Shown: positions 1 through 12,914, counted from the first letter of the stretch. The stretch is 64,000 bases of DNA from Tricharina praecox (GCF_024521635.1 NW_026250407.1:1488001-1552000), one strand, 5' to 3'. Program-made: numbers and translations. The notes: generated from the sequence alone by a model not told the origin.

Positions 1-368
1 AGGATCTTCTATGGCATGCCGATCGTTTGATGGGAATCCTGGCAGACCTCAGCTGGAGAAGTGTGACGTTTCTACGTCACATCAACCATCCGAGTATTAG
101 TGGTTGGCTGAGACAGAAAGCGGGAGAAACGACCGCCACACCGGCAATGCGGGTATGTACTCTACTGTCTCTTTGTTTCAACTTTTTGGATTATGAAAGA
201 ATGTACCTAACTTCGAACATTCAGAACGTACGAGACTATCTAGAGCCGCGGCACGACGCGATGACTTTTCCCGGTAACAGGACGGGCATCGCACCCCCTG
301 CGGGCGGAATTATTTCCCCCGCCCTGGCGTGCCCCATGTGTCCTGCTGGCAAGGCCCAGCATACGTAA
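1..368 (+). other. Possible 3' part of an unidentified spliced gene entering from the left edge
   Basis: Open frame from the window start to TAA at 366-368. It contains an intron-like segment GTATGT(153)..CTAAC..CAG(224) and a further GTAAGT at 365. No recognisable protein family. Confidence 0.2.
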
Positions 369-380
369 GTTGCCACTTCA

Positions 381-679
381 CCGAACACGACGCGGGACAT
401 GCATCTAATACATTGGGCTCTATACAGACAACGGCAAAAAAACGTCGGAGAGGCGGCAAGGAAGGCATAACGAGCTGGTGACTGCCTCCCCCTAGGGGAG
501 GGGGGAGAAAACATTCGCGGGCGGGGTTCGGGTTTGGAGTTTGCGGCGTTAAGTGAAGCAAATTCCTTTTACCAGGCAGGTCACCGGCTACCGCCGAACT
601 CGACGAGGGACATGCATCTAATACATCAGGCTCTATACAGACAGCGGAACGAGGAAGCGTCACGGAGGCAATGGCAAGG
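381..679. repeat. Imperfect direct repeat, two copies of about 80 bp (381-460 and 594-679)
   Basis: Both copies contain CCGAAC.CGACG.GGGACATGCATCTAATACAT..GGCTCTATACAGACA.CGG...GGCAAGG. Confidence 0.85.
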
Positions 680-829
680 GCTGTGCCATTAAGGGAGGTT
701 AAATGAGGATGTGAAGGAGGGCTTAATGATATTCTTCATGTGCGGGGTCCGAATTCGGCGTTCAGTGTAAAAAATTCCATGAGTTCTGCGTTTGTTCTTT
801 TAAATCAGTCTCCAAGCTGGCGAGGTGGT

Positions 830-1470
830 GGTGCCGCCCATTTGTCCGCCTTCTCCTTTCCAGGGACGCCTTTATGTGCCGGGCACCATCATATCTCAAT
901 GGTGATCTCGGCCCTCGGGCTCCCTTTGGCGGAGTTTAGCAATGTGTTTCCGTGTCTGGATGGTGTACTTCTGGCCGGGGCCAAGGGCATCGTGGGTCAT
1001 CCTCCTAATCGTGTACTTAGATGGTGACTCTACTGAGGTTGTGCCGCCTACCAACGGCTGCTTCCAGTACTCGGGCGATGGCTGTGCATTCCGCATCATA
1101 AGCCTCCTGTTGGGGTCCCATGTGGACCTTGTTTCCCTTCCATTGAGTGCAGTAGCACCGGACAACGGCGTAGCCAGCTGCTTTGGAGTTGGTCTGAGAT
1201 CGGTCTGTGTGCATTGAGAACCCTGATGGTTGTAACTTGTGGGCCCACTGTGTGCGCTCTGGCTGAGAGTTCCTCTTCCATGGTTACCGTGCAGTCAAGT
1301 GCTTCAGCTTCGTCCAAAAGCACTGTCTCCTTCCTTGTTGCAGGGAATCTCCAGCTCTCCCGCCTAGATGGCCATTTGGGCGGGTTCCCGCCATCTGGTA
1401 AAGATGACCGCCTCTGTTTTGCCGTAGTCAAATCTGATGCCATTGTTGGCCGCCGGGGACCAGGCGCCAC
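830..1470 (-). mobile_element. Degenerate, internally deleted non-LTR retrotransposon (Tad1-like LINE) relic with RT C-terminal and RNase H fragments
   Basis: Minus-strand fragments in shifting frames. NGIRFDYGKTEAVIFTR resembles the end of RT. TDRS..AAGYAVV..WKGNKVHMGPQQEAYDAECTAIARVLE, IRRMTHDALGPGQKY and EI*WCPAHKGVPGKEKADKWA resemble RNase H motifs. Frameshifts and an in-frame stop (889-891) are present. Confidence 0.8.
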
Positions 1471-3051
1471 CCGCTCTCCTCACTGTCACGAAAAATGATC
1501 CGAGTGACCGGCTGTGCCCGAATATTCGACGAGCACTATTCGAACGTAGCTCGACCACAATGCGTGTAACTCCCTCAACGGCACGTTTCAATCGCCGCAG
1601 CCGTCTCTTTGGATCAATTCTAGATCTTTGAACTCCAGTGAATGGTAACTAACTGGGCTCGGTTTGCATCGGCTCGATAGATAAGCTTACACTACCGCGC
1701 GCACCGGCCGTAATCACCCGTGCGATAGATACGCCTCACGCGTGTATCCACCTGGCACCCACCAGGAACAACGCCGACGCGATCGCACGTGAGCCCTGGG
1801 GAAAAAAGGGCCGGCCCGAGGCGTGCTCTGTAGTTAAGTTAACTTTTTTTGGCACTCGTTCGTATGTAGCTTCGGTTATAACCGGCTGATCACCGTTCGA
1901 ACACGCTTAGGTGAGATGGCGCCAGATGGTTTGGCTAACGCGGTGGGTGGTTGTGCCGCGCCAGTAGATACGAGAGGGCATCGAAGTATTTGGGTCTGCT
2001 GTTTGCGACGATGTGCCAGTGTGGCACCGTCCGGCGAGGCCGCGTCGGAGGGTTTCTTTCGGGGAGCTCGAAGTCGATGTCGATGTCTCTGACTCTCTGA
2101 ATCTCTGACCGGCACCCAAGTACTATATCACTCTTGTTTTGTATATGCGGTTTCTACTGGTAAATTCCGTTAATTCCGAACACCTCGATCTTGGGATACA
2201 TACCGCTGCTATTCCAGAAAAAAGAACCCAAGGATTCTATATTCTAATCTAGGTGAGGCAAACCGGTAGTTAGACTCTAATCCCGATAGTCCCGAGTCAA
2301 CGACTTCACTTTAAGCATGCGGGATTGGACGTTCGTGAGGCTTGAGGTCGATCGAAGACTCACATGGATGTATGTATTGTACATGCCATTTCCAATCCGC
2401 GGCGCAACTTAAAGCCTCTGCCGGATAGCCGGATTTTAGCGAGTTCGCAGGGGGGTTTTTGCACGGCCATGCAGATGGCAGGTGGGGTAGGTGTGTATCT
2501 ATGTTGAGGATTGCTAAATCGACAACGGCGAATCACCGTCGAATAGGTATCGCCAGTCCATGGTCGGTCCTGCAAATTTCGAGAAGGAGGGAAAGAGCTG
2601 CTCGTTCCAGCTTCCTTCCTGCAGAACAAGCAAATATCATCCGTCCGAGAGAGCAGAATTCCCTGTCTTGGGATCTTCATGTCCGTCGAACCCCAGGCCA
2701 AGGCACTGGCATCATGTACTCGTATCGCGGTGGTGGTGGTGGTCCTTGCAGCTGGCCCATGCCAGTGATCATAGCTTGCGAGAAACTAACTACCGGGGCG
2801 CGCGCGCGCGGCCCGGGCATTAGTGTTTTTCCTCAAGTCAGTCAGAACTTACCGGCTCCTGCCCAGTGGCCCCCGCCCGCGCCGCAAAGGTATAATAAGC
2901 AGGCTTCTCCTCCGAGGTTGTTGGGTTTTGGGTTGGTTGGCTGCAGCACGCAACTTGAAGTTTAAGCTCCTCGCCACTATACGTTTGTTTCTGTCGTTTC
3001 GCCCGGAGAATTTGCCATCGACGGACGTGAATCGTTACGACGGGGAATACC

Positions 3052-5089
3052 ATGGAGAAATCGGAGTCGGACTTGGGCTCGTCGTACGCCGTGAGCGAAA
3101 AGGATGCCGAGTCTGCTAGGGAGAGCGCCGCACATCGGGATATTGCGCCTGGTCATCACCGCCGCGACGATGCTTCAGGCTACGACGAGGCCATCGTTAG
3201 AGTCACCAGTACTGAGCTCGACGATCCGGAAAAACTGGAGGCTTCGGCACACCTGGGACTGGGCGCATCGAGGACTGTGTCGACGACTAGGACGACAAAG
3301 GATCTTGCGGCAGTGATTGGTACATCGTTCGAAGTCAAGTGGAGCGAAGGGGATCCAGAAAATCCAATGAACTGGACACTGGCGAAGAGAGGATACATTC
3401 TGGTGGTGGTTTCGCTGCAGACATTGATTGTGTAAGTGGGCACCGAAGACATGGTACTTTTCACCGCTGATGTCCCGTGGCGATGCAGCATCTTCTACTC
3501 GACATCCTACGTATCCGGCGCGCCAGGAATGAGGGCGGAATTTGGGATCACGTCCGACACAACTATGATTCTTGGCATGACGACATATCTTCTCGGCCTT
3601 GCGAGCGGGCCGATGCTTCTGGCACCGCTTTCCGAGCTGTACGGCCGCCGGATCATATATCTCGTCTCACTGTTCCTCTACTTCCTCTTTGTGATTCCCA
3701 GCTGTGTGGCTACAAATTTCCACACCATTTTAATCGTCCGGTTTTTCGGCGCGGTTGCTGGTTCGGTCACAATTGCAAATGCTCCGGGGAGTCTGGGTGA
3801 TATCTTTCCGGAGGAATACCGGCCCCTCGCCTTCAGCGTGTTTTGGTATGTACTCATCCTACTCCATCCTCCATTGTGCCTACTCGTGGTGGAGTGTGCC
3901 GGGGAATGAATATGTCGCTAATCAACCTCTGGTCAAAAAGTTTAGGTACGACAGACAAGATCCTTCTCCAGATTACTCATTACTAAACGATTGTGAACAG
4001 CACCCATGAACGGCCCGGTTCTCGGCCCGATTATCGGCGGCTTCGTCTACCAAAACCTTGGCTGGCGCTGGAACAACTGGCTTGTCCTAATCGCTGCCGG
4101 TTTGTTTGGCCTGATGGGGTTCACCCACCCGGAGACGTATGCACCGGAGCTGCTCCGACGCCGCGCAGCAAAACTCCGCAAGGAGACCGGAGATGAGCGA
4201 TACATGTCGAGATTCTGCTTTAAGGACGGCGAGGGCGATCCCGCACATCTAATCAAGCTGAACCTGAAGCGGCCGGTGACCATGCTCGTCACCGAGCCGA
4301 TGTGCATCTTCTGGGCGCTCTACGTCGGCGCCATCTACGCCGTTCTGTACATGTGTTTCACCGCTGTTCGTACCCCCCACCCATATGTACCTTCCCGATC
4401 GCGGACGACTAACGCCTTGTGTAGTACCCCATAGTCTTCTCGGAGATCCGCGGGTGGGGTCCCGGCATCTCGGGCCTAGCCTTCACGGGAATGGGTCTGG
4501 GCACGATCCTCGCGGTGGTTTCCGAGCCGCTCAGCCGCAAGATCTACAACATGCACAGCATCGACCCGGACACGGGGAAGCGCCCACCGGAGGCGCGGAT
4601 CCTCGTCGTGGCCATCGCCGCAGTCATCATCCCCCTCGCCATGTTCTGGTTCGCGTGGACTTGCGTTCCCGTCAGCATTCACCCTGTCTGGCCTATCCTC
4701 AGCGGCGTACCTTACGGCCTCGGGAATACTTACGTCTTCCTGCACTCAAATAACTATCTCGTCACGAGCTACGATGTATACGCCGCCAGCGCAGTCGCCG
4801 GAAATGCAGTCGTTAGAAGCATCCTGGGCGGTATCATGCCGCTGTTTGCGCCCATCATGTATCGAAAAATGGGCCCGAATTGGTATTGCACTCCCCCTCC
4901 CCCCGGGCTACACTCCACCCATAGGAAGTAATGCTGATGGCGAAAAACAGGGCTGCCACCACCGTGGCCTTCATCGCTGTGGGATTGATCCCCATTCCGT
5001 GGGCCTTCTACAAGTGGGGCAAAACCATCCGGCTAAGAAGTCCGATACTGCAGAAGCTGCAGAGGGAGAGGGAGGAGAGGGGGGAGTAA
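3052..5089 (+). CDS. MFS transporter, drug:H+ antiporter DHA1 family (Tpo/Flu1-like), 5 exons
   Basis: Motifs W..GDPENPMNW, GPMLLAPLSELYGRR, GPVLGPIIGGF, PETYAP, PEARI, YAASAVAGN. Introns at about 3432-3488, 3846-4000, 4366-4424 and 4883-4950. Stop TAA 5087-5089. Confidence 0.92.
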
Positions 5090-5675
5090 GAAGACGCTGC
5101 ACCATATTACTGGAGTTTTTTTTTGGAGGCTATTTTTTCTGGATATGTATCATGTATGGCGGAAAGAAAGAAAAAAGTATCGGGCTTGGATGGGGGATTA
5201 ATATTAATGGGAGGAGAGTCTGGAGTCTGGAAATCTGGGAAACATGCACATATGTACTAGATATATGTACAGTTCGGGCCGTCCGTGCGAGCTTGACCCC
5301 GGCGTGCAAACCATATCGTATTTATATACTGGTGAGAGCTCAATACCCAGTTATATGTGGCCGACATGTGTCCGCGCCCGTGACAGACATTCGTCGGAAT
5401 CTCCTAGTTAGGCCAAACCACGCCCGCCCGTCCGTCCGTCCGTCCGTCCGGCCCCCAAGGCGTGGGGTACATACGCACCAGCGCCCAAACCCCGACGTTC
5501 TCGCAAGCAATCGCCGCCGCCAGCACTGCCTGACTATATACCTTATGGTACCGATACGGGTAACCTACATAGGTACCGAATTTTACCTAGGTACCGACGT
5601 TTACCCAGGTACCGACCGGAGCCGGCGCGATCACCCGGGTGTATCATACGACTCCCGAGTGACACCGGGACGCAG

Positions 5676-5842
5676 CGGAGGGTATCCGCCTGCCTTGACT
5701 ACCGGTACCCCGGCACCCTCCCGCCGCCCCGCCGCCCCCGTGGAAATGCCTAGATATCAGCCGCTGTTGATGTAGCTAGCGTAGTGCGGGGCACATCGCT
5801 CTAGTTAGCGGACGCCGGGCGGGAGATGGCGGAACTCTTCCG
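5676..5842. promoter_or_regulatory. Two CGG-N7-CCG putative Zn2Cys6 sites upstream of the GFA gene
   Basis: CGGAGGGTATCCG (5676-5688) and CGGAACTCTTCCG (5830-5842). The same motif recurs in the other cluster promoters. Confidence 0.65.
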
Positions 5843-6055
5843 CAGGCCACGCACGATCAACGGTGCAGTGAGATAGGGCCGGAGATGGGGATGGGGAGAT
5901 GGGGATGGGGATATGTGGATGGAGGTGGGGGATGGGGTGAGGTGGTGTGAGGATCGTATGGTGCAGCAGCAGTGTGGGGTATATCTACAAGACCTCGCCG
6001 CGCTGCACAGATCCCGCCCCACAGCTCTCCACCCAACCTGCGACTGTGAGGAAAG

Positions 6056-6575
6056 ATGTCCGACGCTACCACCACCGCCGCCACCGCCGCGCCGACAACG
6101 GGCACCTGCCTCTGCGGCGCGATCACGCTCACGATCCCTGCGGCCGCAGTGCCGCTCAAGAGCATGTCATGCTACTGCACCCACTGCGCGAAGAACGCGG
6201 GCGGGCCGTACCAGACGAACGCGATGTTCGCTACGACCGACATCTCCGTTTCCGATCCGCAGGGGCAGTTGCGGACGTACAGCATTTTGGACACGTTCTC
6301 TGGAAAGCCCAAGGAGAAGGCGTTCTGTGGGACCTGTGGCTGCACTTTCTATACCCGCCCTGGACACCATGAGGGGAAGATGACGGTAGTTAAGACGGGG
6401 ATTTTGGATGCTGGGTGAGTAAACCGCGAAGGGTTGTGAGGGATGTGCTGATGCGTCACATAGAGCGATCGCGAGTTTTCAGCCCAAGGTGGAGCTGTAC
6501 GCGCGAGATCGGCCGCAGTTTTGTCAGGCGCTGGAAGGGACGAAGCAGTTTGATACGATGCCGATGACCCATTAG
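6056..6575 (+). CDS. GFA/CENP-V (Mss4-like, DUF636) zinc-binding protein, 2 exons
   Basis: Signature GxCxCG (GTCLCG), CxCxxC (CYCTHC) and FCxxCG (FCGTCG). Intron GTGAGT 6415..TAG 6463. Exon 2 gives AIASFQPKVELYARDRPQF; stop TAG 6573-6575. Confidence 0.9.
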
Positions 6576-6774
6576 GAGGAGCAATCGAGATGGACTAGGA
6601 GGGACTACAAGGAGGGGAGTCTATGTACACAAAGAGGTATCTTCTGATAACCCAAAGAAAAAACGATCAAGCAAAAAGAGAACCCAAGGGTGTTCGCCAA
6701 AAATAAAACCCAATATTTCCCCTGCACCATTGCTGTCGCGGAAGGGAAAATCAAATGCGAGAATTAAAACAAGG

Positions 6775-9707
6775 TTAGGGAATTTGATCTGGAGTATTCC
6801 AGAGTGGATGCTCCATGAACCAATCAAAGTTGACATCGGCGCCCCACACCGCCCCCCGGTTGCTATTGAACAGCAACAGCGGATCATCGGGCGTGTCACC
6901 ACCTCCTTCGCAAGGGATTTCGGCTTCTCCATCGGCTTGTTCTCCGGCGTCTTGCTGACCTGAGACAGAACACGAGTTAGCTGGATGGATGGGATGCAGC
7001 ACGGTTGCATGTAGCTTACCTTCGTCGGAAGCGGAGATAATCTGGTCGTGAAACACTTCCAGTGTAGCCAAGCACCGCTTCGCTGATTCATACCCGTCTT
7101 CCAGGCTTCGAAGGATCGCAATGCACTTCTTCCATGACACCTCGAGGGAATCGTAATCAAGTTCGGTCTCCAGAGCAGGGCAGAGTTTTGCGGCGAGAAG
7201 TACGGTTGCTGCTGTATACAGATCTGCGGTGGACGTGTCAGTGCCATGGTCAGGTAGCAAAGATCTGGTTAGAATACGAACAGAAGATATAGTACCACCA
7301 GGCCGGCACTGCTCCGCTTAGTAGATTGTCGTCAATTAGGCTGATTGCTTCCTGTGCTGCTTCTACACAAGAAACGGAGCACTTCATTGCTAGTGAAGCC
7401 TCGAGCAACGATGTCGGGTGCAGCCGCTTGGATTTCTGGTCGTGATAGGCTTGTGAGTCCTGGACCAGATTGATGAGGATAGGTCGGAACAGCAAAATTC
7501 GGATGTTCAGGTATCTGCATCAAAGTGAGTTTTACAGCACAATGGGTCTGTGGCCGGGAGGTATAATCACCTGGCGTGTAAAACATTTGCTTGCCTAGTT
7601 TGGCAGGAATCCCGAATAATCGGTTCGGCCTCTGGATCCACAAAATGCAGGCGGAGAGCTGCTGGTAGCTCCAGCTGGAAATCAAGGAGCATCCGGTCCA
7701 ACCGGAGGAGTGACTGGTAGTAATCGTCGGGCCGCGGTTTCTCGTTCCGACTACCAGATGTATCATAAAATATTGACAGTATTTCACCGAGTATTTCGTA
7801 CAATTTGAGGGTATGGATGAAGAAGGTTGTCCGAGCATACACGCCCTCCGGTTGTTCACAGTACGCATTATCGTTGGTCAAGTATTCATCGTCAATCGCC
7901 ATAGGCAATGTGACTTGAGAACGGAGCGAAACCATGCTTGGCCGACCAAAAGTCATGCTAACTATACTATCGGAGAATTAGAAGGTTGGAATGAGGTTGT
8001 CTGGATACATGACTCGCCCTACTCACCGGTCGAGAAGAATACATCCATGCCATGCTCTTCTCCAGATCTCCCTCTCCACGTTGTTCTTCCTCTTCGCGCT
8101 GGTTGAGTCCAGATGCAATCCTAGCCCTTGTGCCACGCGGATCGCTAGCCCGGCAACATTCCAACATCGGTTCGGATACTTTGTCGACTGCAAAAACTGA
8201 CCCATGAGGAGCAACGCCTGCACGAGCTGAATAGACCCGCACCCTAGGATGTCGACATGCAGCAAAAGCCTAGATCTTTTGAAGAACACGTCCGCGGATG
8301 AATCACGCCGCGCCGGTGCGATATTTGACGAGAACTGACAGCCGAATGCGAAGACACAATTTAGGATACATCGGAACAACCTTCCCGGAGGCTTGCTTTC
8401 GTACGAACCAAATAGCGCGTCATCGTTCGAACCCGGGAAGGCTGAGTTTGTCCACAGCTGGTTGTAGGTCTGCATAAATGTAGGACGATGAAGATATGGG
8501 TATAGCGAATCGACCCATGTCCAGTAGCACTCAAGCAGGTGGTCGGCGATGCGTCGTGGCGGGAGGATAAAGTCTTCCAAGTCCTCCAGGAATCCATCGT
8601 CGTTCCTAGGTTTTCTTTCCCAGGCCGATTCAAAACCTGGCGCCGGAGTGCAAAAGCTAAGCTCCTCTGGTGACTTGGAACATGTTTTCTTCTTGTCAAC
8701 CGTCTGTTTGATTTGCTTCATGAAAGAGACCGCTGATGAGCTCCCGAAAAAACTCTCGTTCTCGTCTCCATCTACTCCATCTCCCCCGCTTGACGATGTC
8801 GCCCCCATCGCATCAGCTCGAGCTTTAGGTGGGAGACCAGCCGTAACGGAAAACCGTCGTTCCCGAGGTTCTTCAACTGTAACGTCCAGTTCCTTCGAGT
8901 GAGCAGGTGCGAATTCTGCACCTTCTGGTGTGCCACTATACAAGAGATGACTTCCAGGCTGGGGAATCGAAGCGCTAGGGAGGGGGCCAGTGTCCATTCT
9001 GTTCAGACCCATGTCTGCCCCAAGGGTGTAGTTCCGGGGCGGTTGTTGTTGGTTTAGTTGCGGTGGTATTGGATGCGGCATTGTGTCGTAGCGGTGGTAG
9101 CTGAGTGAGTGATTCTCAGTGTCGGTCGTCGCCTGGGGGAAAACGTTACGATTGCTCAAAACCTGCACTTCGTCCCGGACAATGAACGTACCATGTCCCC
9201 ATTATACGCCTCCATGACCGACACGTTCGGCTGCGCATGGCCAGCATTGCCTTCCAAAGACCGTATCCGCGCTTCCAGTTCCTCGATGTAACTACGTAAA
9301 TTCGCACCAGTCAACATTCGAGTTCCGCGTCCCGCCGTCGGATCGCAGACGAAATCAACCTCATTGCCCACATACCTTTGCGACACAGCCGGTCTATTCG
9401 GATCGTTCTGATACACACACTTCTCGGGGCTCCTTCCTTTGCGTGTACACGGGCCGCACGGTTTCGCGCCGTCGCACCTTGATTTCCGCTGGCGGCATTC
9501 GTCGCACGCCGTGGCCACCTTCCTCCGTTTCGGCCGCGGCTCGCTGCTCTGGCTATCGATTCCATCCGTAGTGTGCGACTGGCCGTGGGTTTCGGACGTT
9601 GCGCGTGGGCGTCGCGGATTCGAGCCGCCAGATGAGCCCGTCGTGGACGTGGGCGACGGTACTGTCGCTGGCTGCTGCGGGCCGTGTGCTGGCTCGGTGG
9701 AATTCAT
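6775..9707 (-). CDS. Zn(II)2Cys6 transcription factor with fungal-specific middle homology region, about 7 exons
   Basis: ACDECRQRKSRCDGAKPCGPC(X8)CVY binuclear cluster followed by the YIEELEARIRSLE coiled coil. MHR motifs YPYLHRPTF, GLAIRVAQGLGLH, RRAWHGCILLDR, FGRP. Acidic C-terminus. ATG at 9707. Confidence 0.93.
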
Positions 9708-11070
9708 AGCGAGGGCGTATTTCGACGGTGGTCGTGGTGTTGGTGGTGGTGGTAAGTAACAGGTGGTCGTACGCCGCCACGATGCCTGCACTTTGGTTCG
9801 GTGCAGGGAACATGGTCACGACAAGGCCATTGCAAAGGAAGGGAGGGAGGGACGGAGGAGATCTGGGTTATCTAAGTACTAAGCACGATGAGGTTTGGGG
9901 TGGGACGCTGGGTGGGTGCAGTGATTCGCAGGACTGTCCACTAGCCGGATGTTCGGCTAACCGCAATGACAAACCCCGCAACGCAACGGGCACCTCCAGC
10001 GCGGGAAGGAGGGTTGCAACAAACGGGGCATGTAAGCGAACGCTTGGATCGGAGAGGTCCGACGGCCCCATACGGACCTGCGGCACCAGGGACCGCGCGG
10101 ACTGGCATTCGGTTCGTGATCACTTTCCTTCATCTAGTCACCCCGATCAACTCCAGCATAACCCCGGCTGGGAGAGTCTCGCTTTGCCATGTATGCATCG
10201 GCCTTTAAGGGCCAACTCGGCCCCGCGGATTATTCAGCATATGCCGGCGCAAGTCGCCGACACTAGCAATAGAGTGGTCTCCACAACGTTATGGATCGCC
10301 CCGCGGCTGCTGGGGATCATCCTGGCCTCGGGAGGGAAAAGGAACCCTTGCGTTCGGGAGGCCAGTTGCCATACCATCTGCATACAAAACTGCAATCGAT
10401 CATAAGCTATTGCCGTATGTATGAAGTCACTTAAGAGGTAAATGTCTCAGTTCTGTTTTCCGTGCGCTTACAGATTATTACCCGAGCGGGAAGTAAGACA
10501 AACAGAAATATAGAGTTGTCTTTCGTATCAGAGGCCACGAGCCAGATATAGAAAGCCTACTTCCAAATATGGCAGTGGAGCTACACATCACCTCTTAATT
10601 GAGATACTACGGTAGGACAAATTTATTTTCCCGTTAAGTTTCTCCCGTACCGCATTGCTCAACCCCAACGATTATGAATACGAGCCAATTTCCTGTGGGA
10701 TCACTACATGGTACGCAGCTGCTGAGGTCACTCGGCCATAGTCCATAATTATCAAAGTGTGTTTGGGATTGAAACTATGGTACATAGAAGATGGCCATTT
10801 TGGTATAAAACGGGCCGACATATTTTGCCACCCATTCGTCATAAATTTATAATCGCACATAGTAAAGACCGTTAAGAATGTATATACATCAAGAAAAAAA
10901 GAAAACGTGGCGTCCAATCCCTCATCCCCTCTGCAAAACAGTGCCCTCATCCGTGGACATTACATACTTCCATGAAAAAGAGCCATCGCGAACATCATCA
11001 TCAGCATCATCATCGATCACCCCTCCCCAGCAAACCACCCAAACGAGGGAGAAACCCATGGGTTGTACGC

Positions 11071-12914
11071 CTACGGTGTGAACCTGAAAGCCGGGTGACC
11101 ATGGCCGAGACCAGCCACCTCCTCCTCGGTCTTTCCCTCGACGCGATGATCCCTGCGTCCCATATCACGTTGCTTATTCTCCCAGCGCAGGTAGAGTGTA
11201 GTAGTACAGCAAACAGCGAGAAGGATGACAGCAGCGGAAAGATTGATGATGTGGCCGGTCCTGTACGCAGGCGCCTCAGAGGGCAGGTAAGTCCAGGTGG
11301 CGACGAGACCTCCAGTGCTGCCCAAGCAGACGGCGAAGGCGCTGGCGATGGCGCGCACGGTGGGGCCGGCGGAGTTGTCGACTGTCCAGGCGATTATCAC
11401 GGGACTGGATGTGAACGCCCCCATTGTGACGAGGAACAGCGCGAAGTATTTGACCGCAATCATGTCGATGGTCAGGAGCAGGGCGAAGCCGATGACAATC
11501 GTGGGGCCCGACACAAGGCACAGGATCAGGCCGCGGGTCTTCAGGCGGTCCGAGAGGATGGCGCAGCAGACACAGACGATCGAACCGAGGAGGTAGGGGG
11601 GTACAGTCATGAGCTGGGACCGGATCGAGGTGAAGCCCATAGCCTTCAACAGGGACGGCTGTGGCGGAATGTTAGCTGGTGACCGCCGGGGGGCTATTCA
11701 GGGTGACAAACCATGAAGAGAGCAACCGAGTTCATGCAAAGCAGACCGCAGAAAAGTCCAACGGACATCAACCAGGTGTTGATGTTGAGGATCGATTTTT
11801 TGAAGTGGAACTTCTGCATCTTCTCCTTGGAACCGGTCAGAGTCTCGAGGTAGATCCTCCGCACGGCGAGCTGACGCTCTTCATCGGTCAAGAATTTGGC
11901 GGATCCTGGTGAGTCGGGGAGGACGAGGTAGCAGATGGCCGCGGCGACGATCGTGAGCAACCCCTCGAAGAAGAAAATATTACGCCACGAATGGACCATT
12001 CCCCACTGGGGAATTTGCGAGAAACCAGTAGCAAGAAGACCTGTTGCGGAGTAGAATTTAGCCAGGTAAATGGAGAAGTTCGAATCGGTTGAAGTTATGT
12101 ACCTCCGAATCCTCCAGCTACACTTGCAACGGATGCATAGATACCGACTCTAGTGACCAGCTCATGACGACGGTAGCTGCGTGAGTGTCAGAAAATGATA
12201 CCTAGAGCCCTTACGGGAGGAGGGAGCTCACAAGGTTGAAAGAGTGTAGGTGATTCCAGGCATGATTCCAGCTTCCGCGATTCCGAGGACCACTCTGGCA
12301 ACAACGAGGCCAGTGTGCGAGGTGGTGAAGCTGATGCAAAGGGTGATGAGGCCAAATCCGAAGGTGATCAAGGACAGCCAGATCTTTGGACCGAATTTCT
12401 TGCAAAGGACATTGGCCGGTCTGCAAACTGTCAGCATTGCCGTCCGTCACCAATTAGATGGATGGATTGGATGCTTACACTTCAAACAGGACGTAAGTAA
12501 TGAAGAAACCGGTGAGAGCAACATTGAAGTCGAATCCTTCAAGCTTCAGGTCCTACGGGGGCACGCATGTCAGCCTACTAACTCTTGATGACTGACACCC
12601 AGTGGATGAATGGTTATTACCTCTTCCATGCCCATGATTTTGGCGTTTCCCATGTTGCTCCTGGTAATTCATCAGCTACCGCCAGCCTGGATTGAGCTCA
12701 CCGGGAAGACGACTCACCGGTCGATGAAGGCCATCAAGTAGATTAGGGTCACGCATGGCAAGATCCACTTATCGAACTTCCTCCGGAGCTTCGCCTCCAA
12801 TTCGTGGTCCAGGGAGGCAAGCTCAGCCTGGAGGTCTTGAGCGTCCAGCGATCGGAGCTTTGTGTTCATGCCATTTTCGATGTGCATGGTTTCGTTTTGT
12901 TCTTTTCCCTCCAT
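11071..12914 (-). CDS. MFS permease, anion:cation symporter (Dal5/Tna1-like) family, about 7 exons
   Basis: KLRRKFDKWILP..YLMAFIDRSNMGNAKI, LGIAEAGIMPG, YRRHEL, WRNIFFFEGLLT, LPDSPGSAKFLTDEER, QLMTVPPY, and C-terminal WENKQRD..LGHGHPAFRFTP. Confidence 0.93.

Noticed and set aside
5547..5617. Four GGTACCGA-containing quasi-repeats upstream of the GFA gene
   Set aside because: Short and degenerate. Similar GGTAC/TACCTA motifs are common in other intergenic parts of the window and are not shared by the other cluster promoters.
4774..5775. 333-aa plus-strand ORF overlapping the end of the DHA1 gene
   Set aside because: It spans an intron, the 3' UTR and the GFA promoter, has low-complexity content and shows no family motifs.
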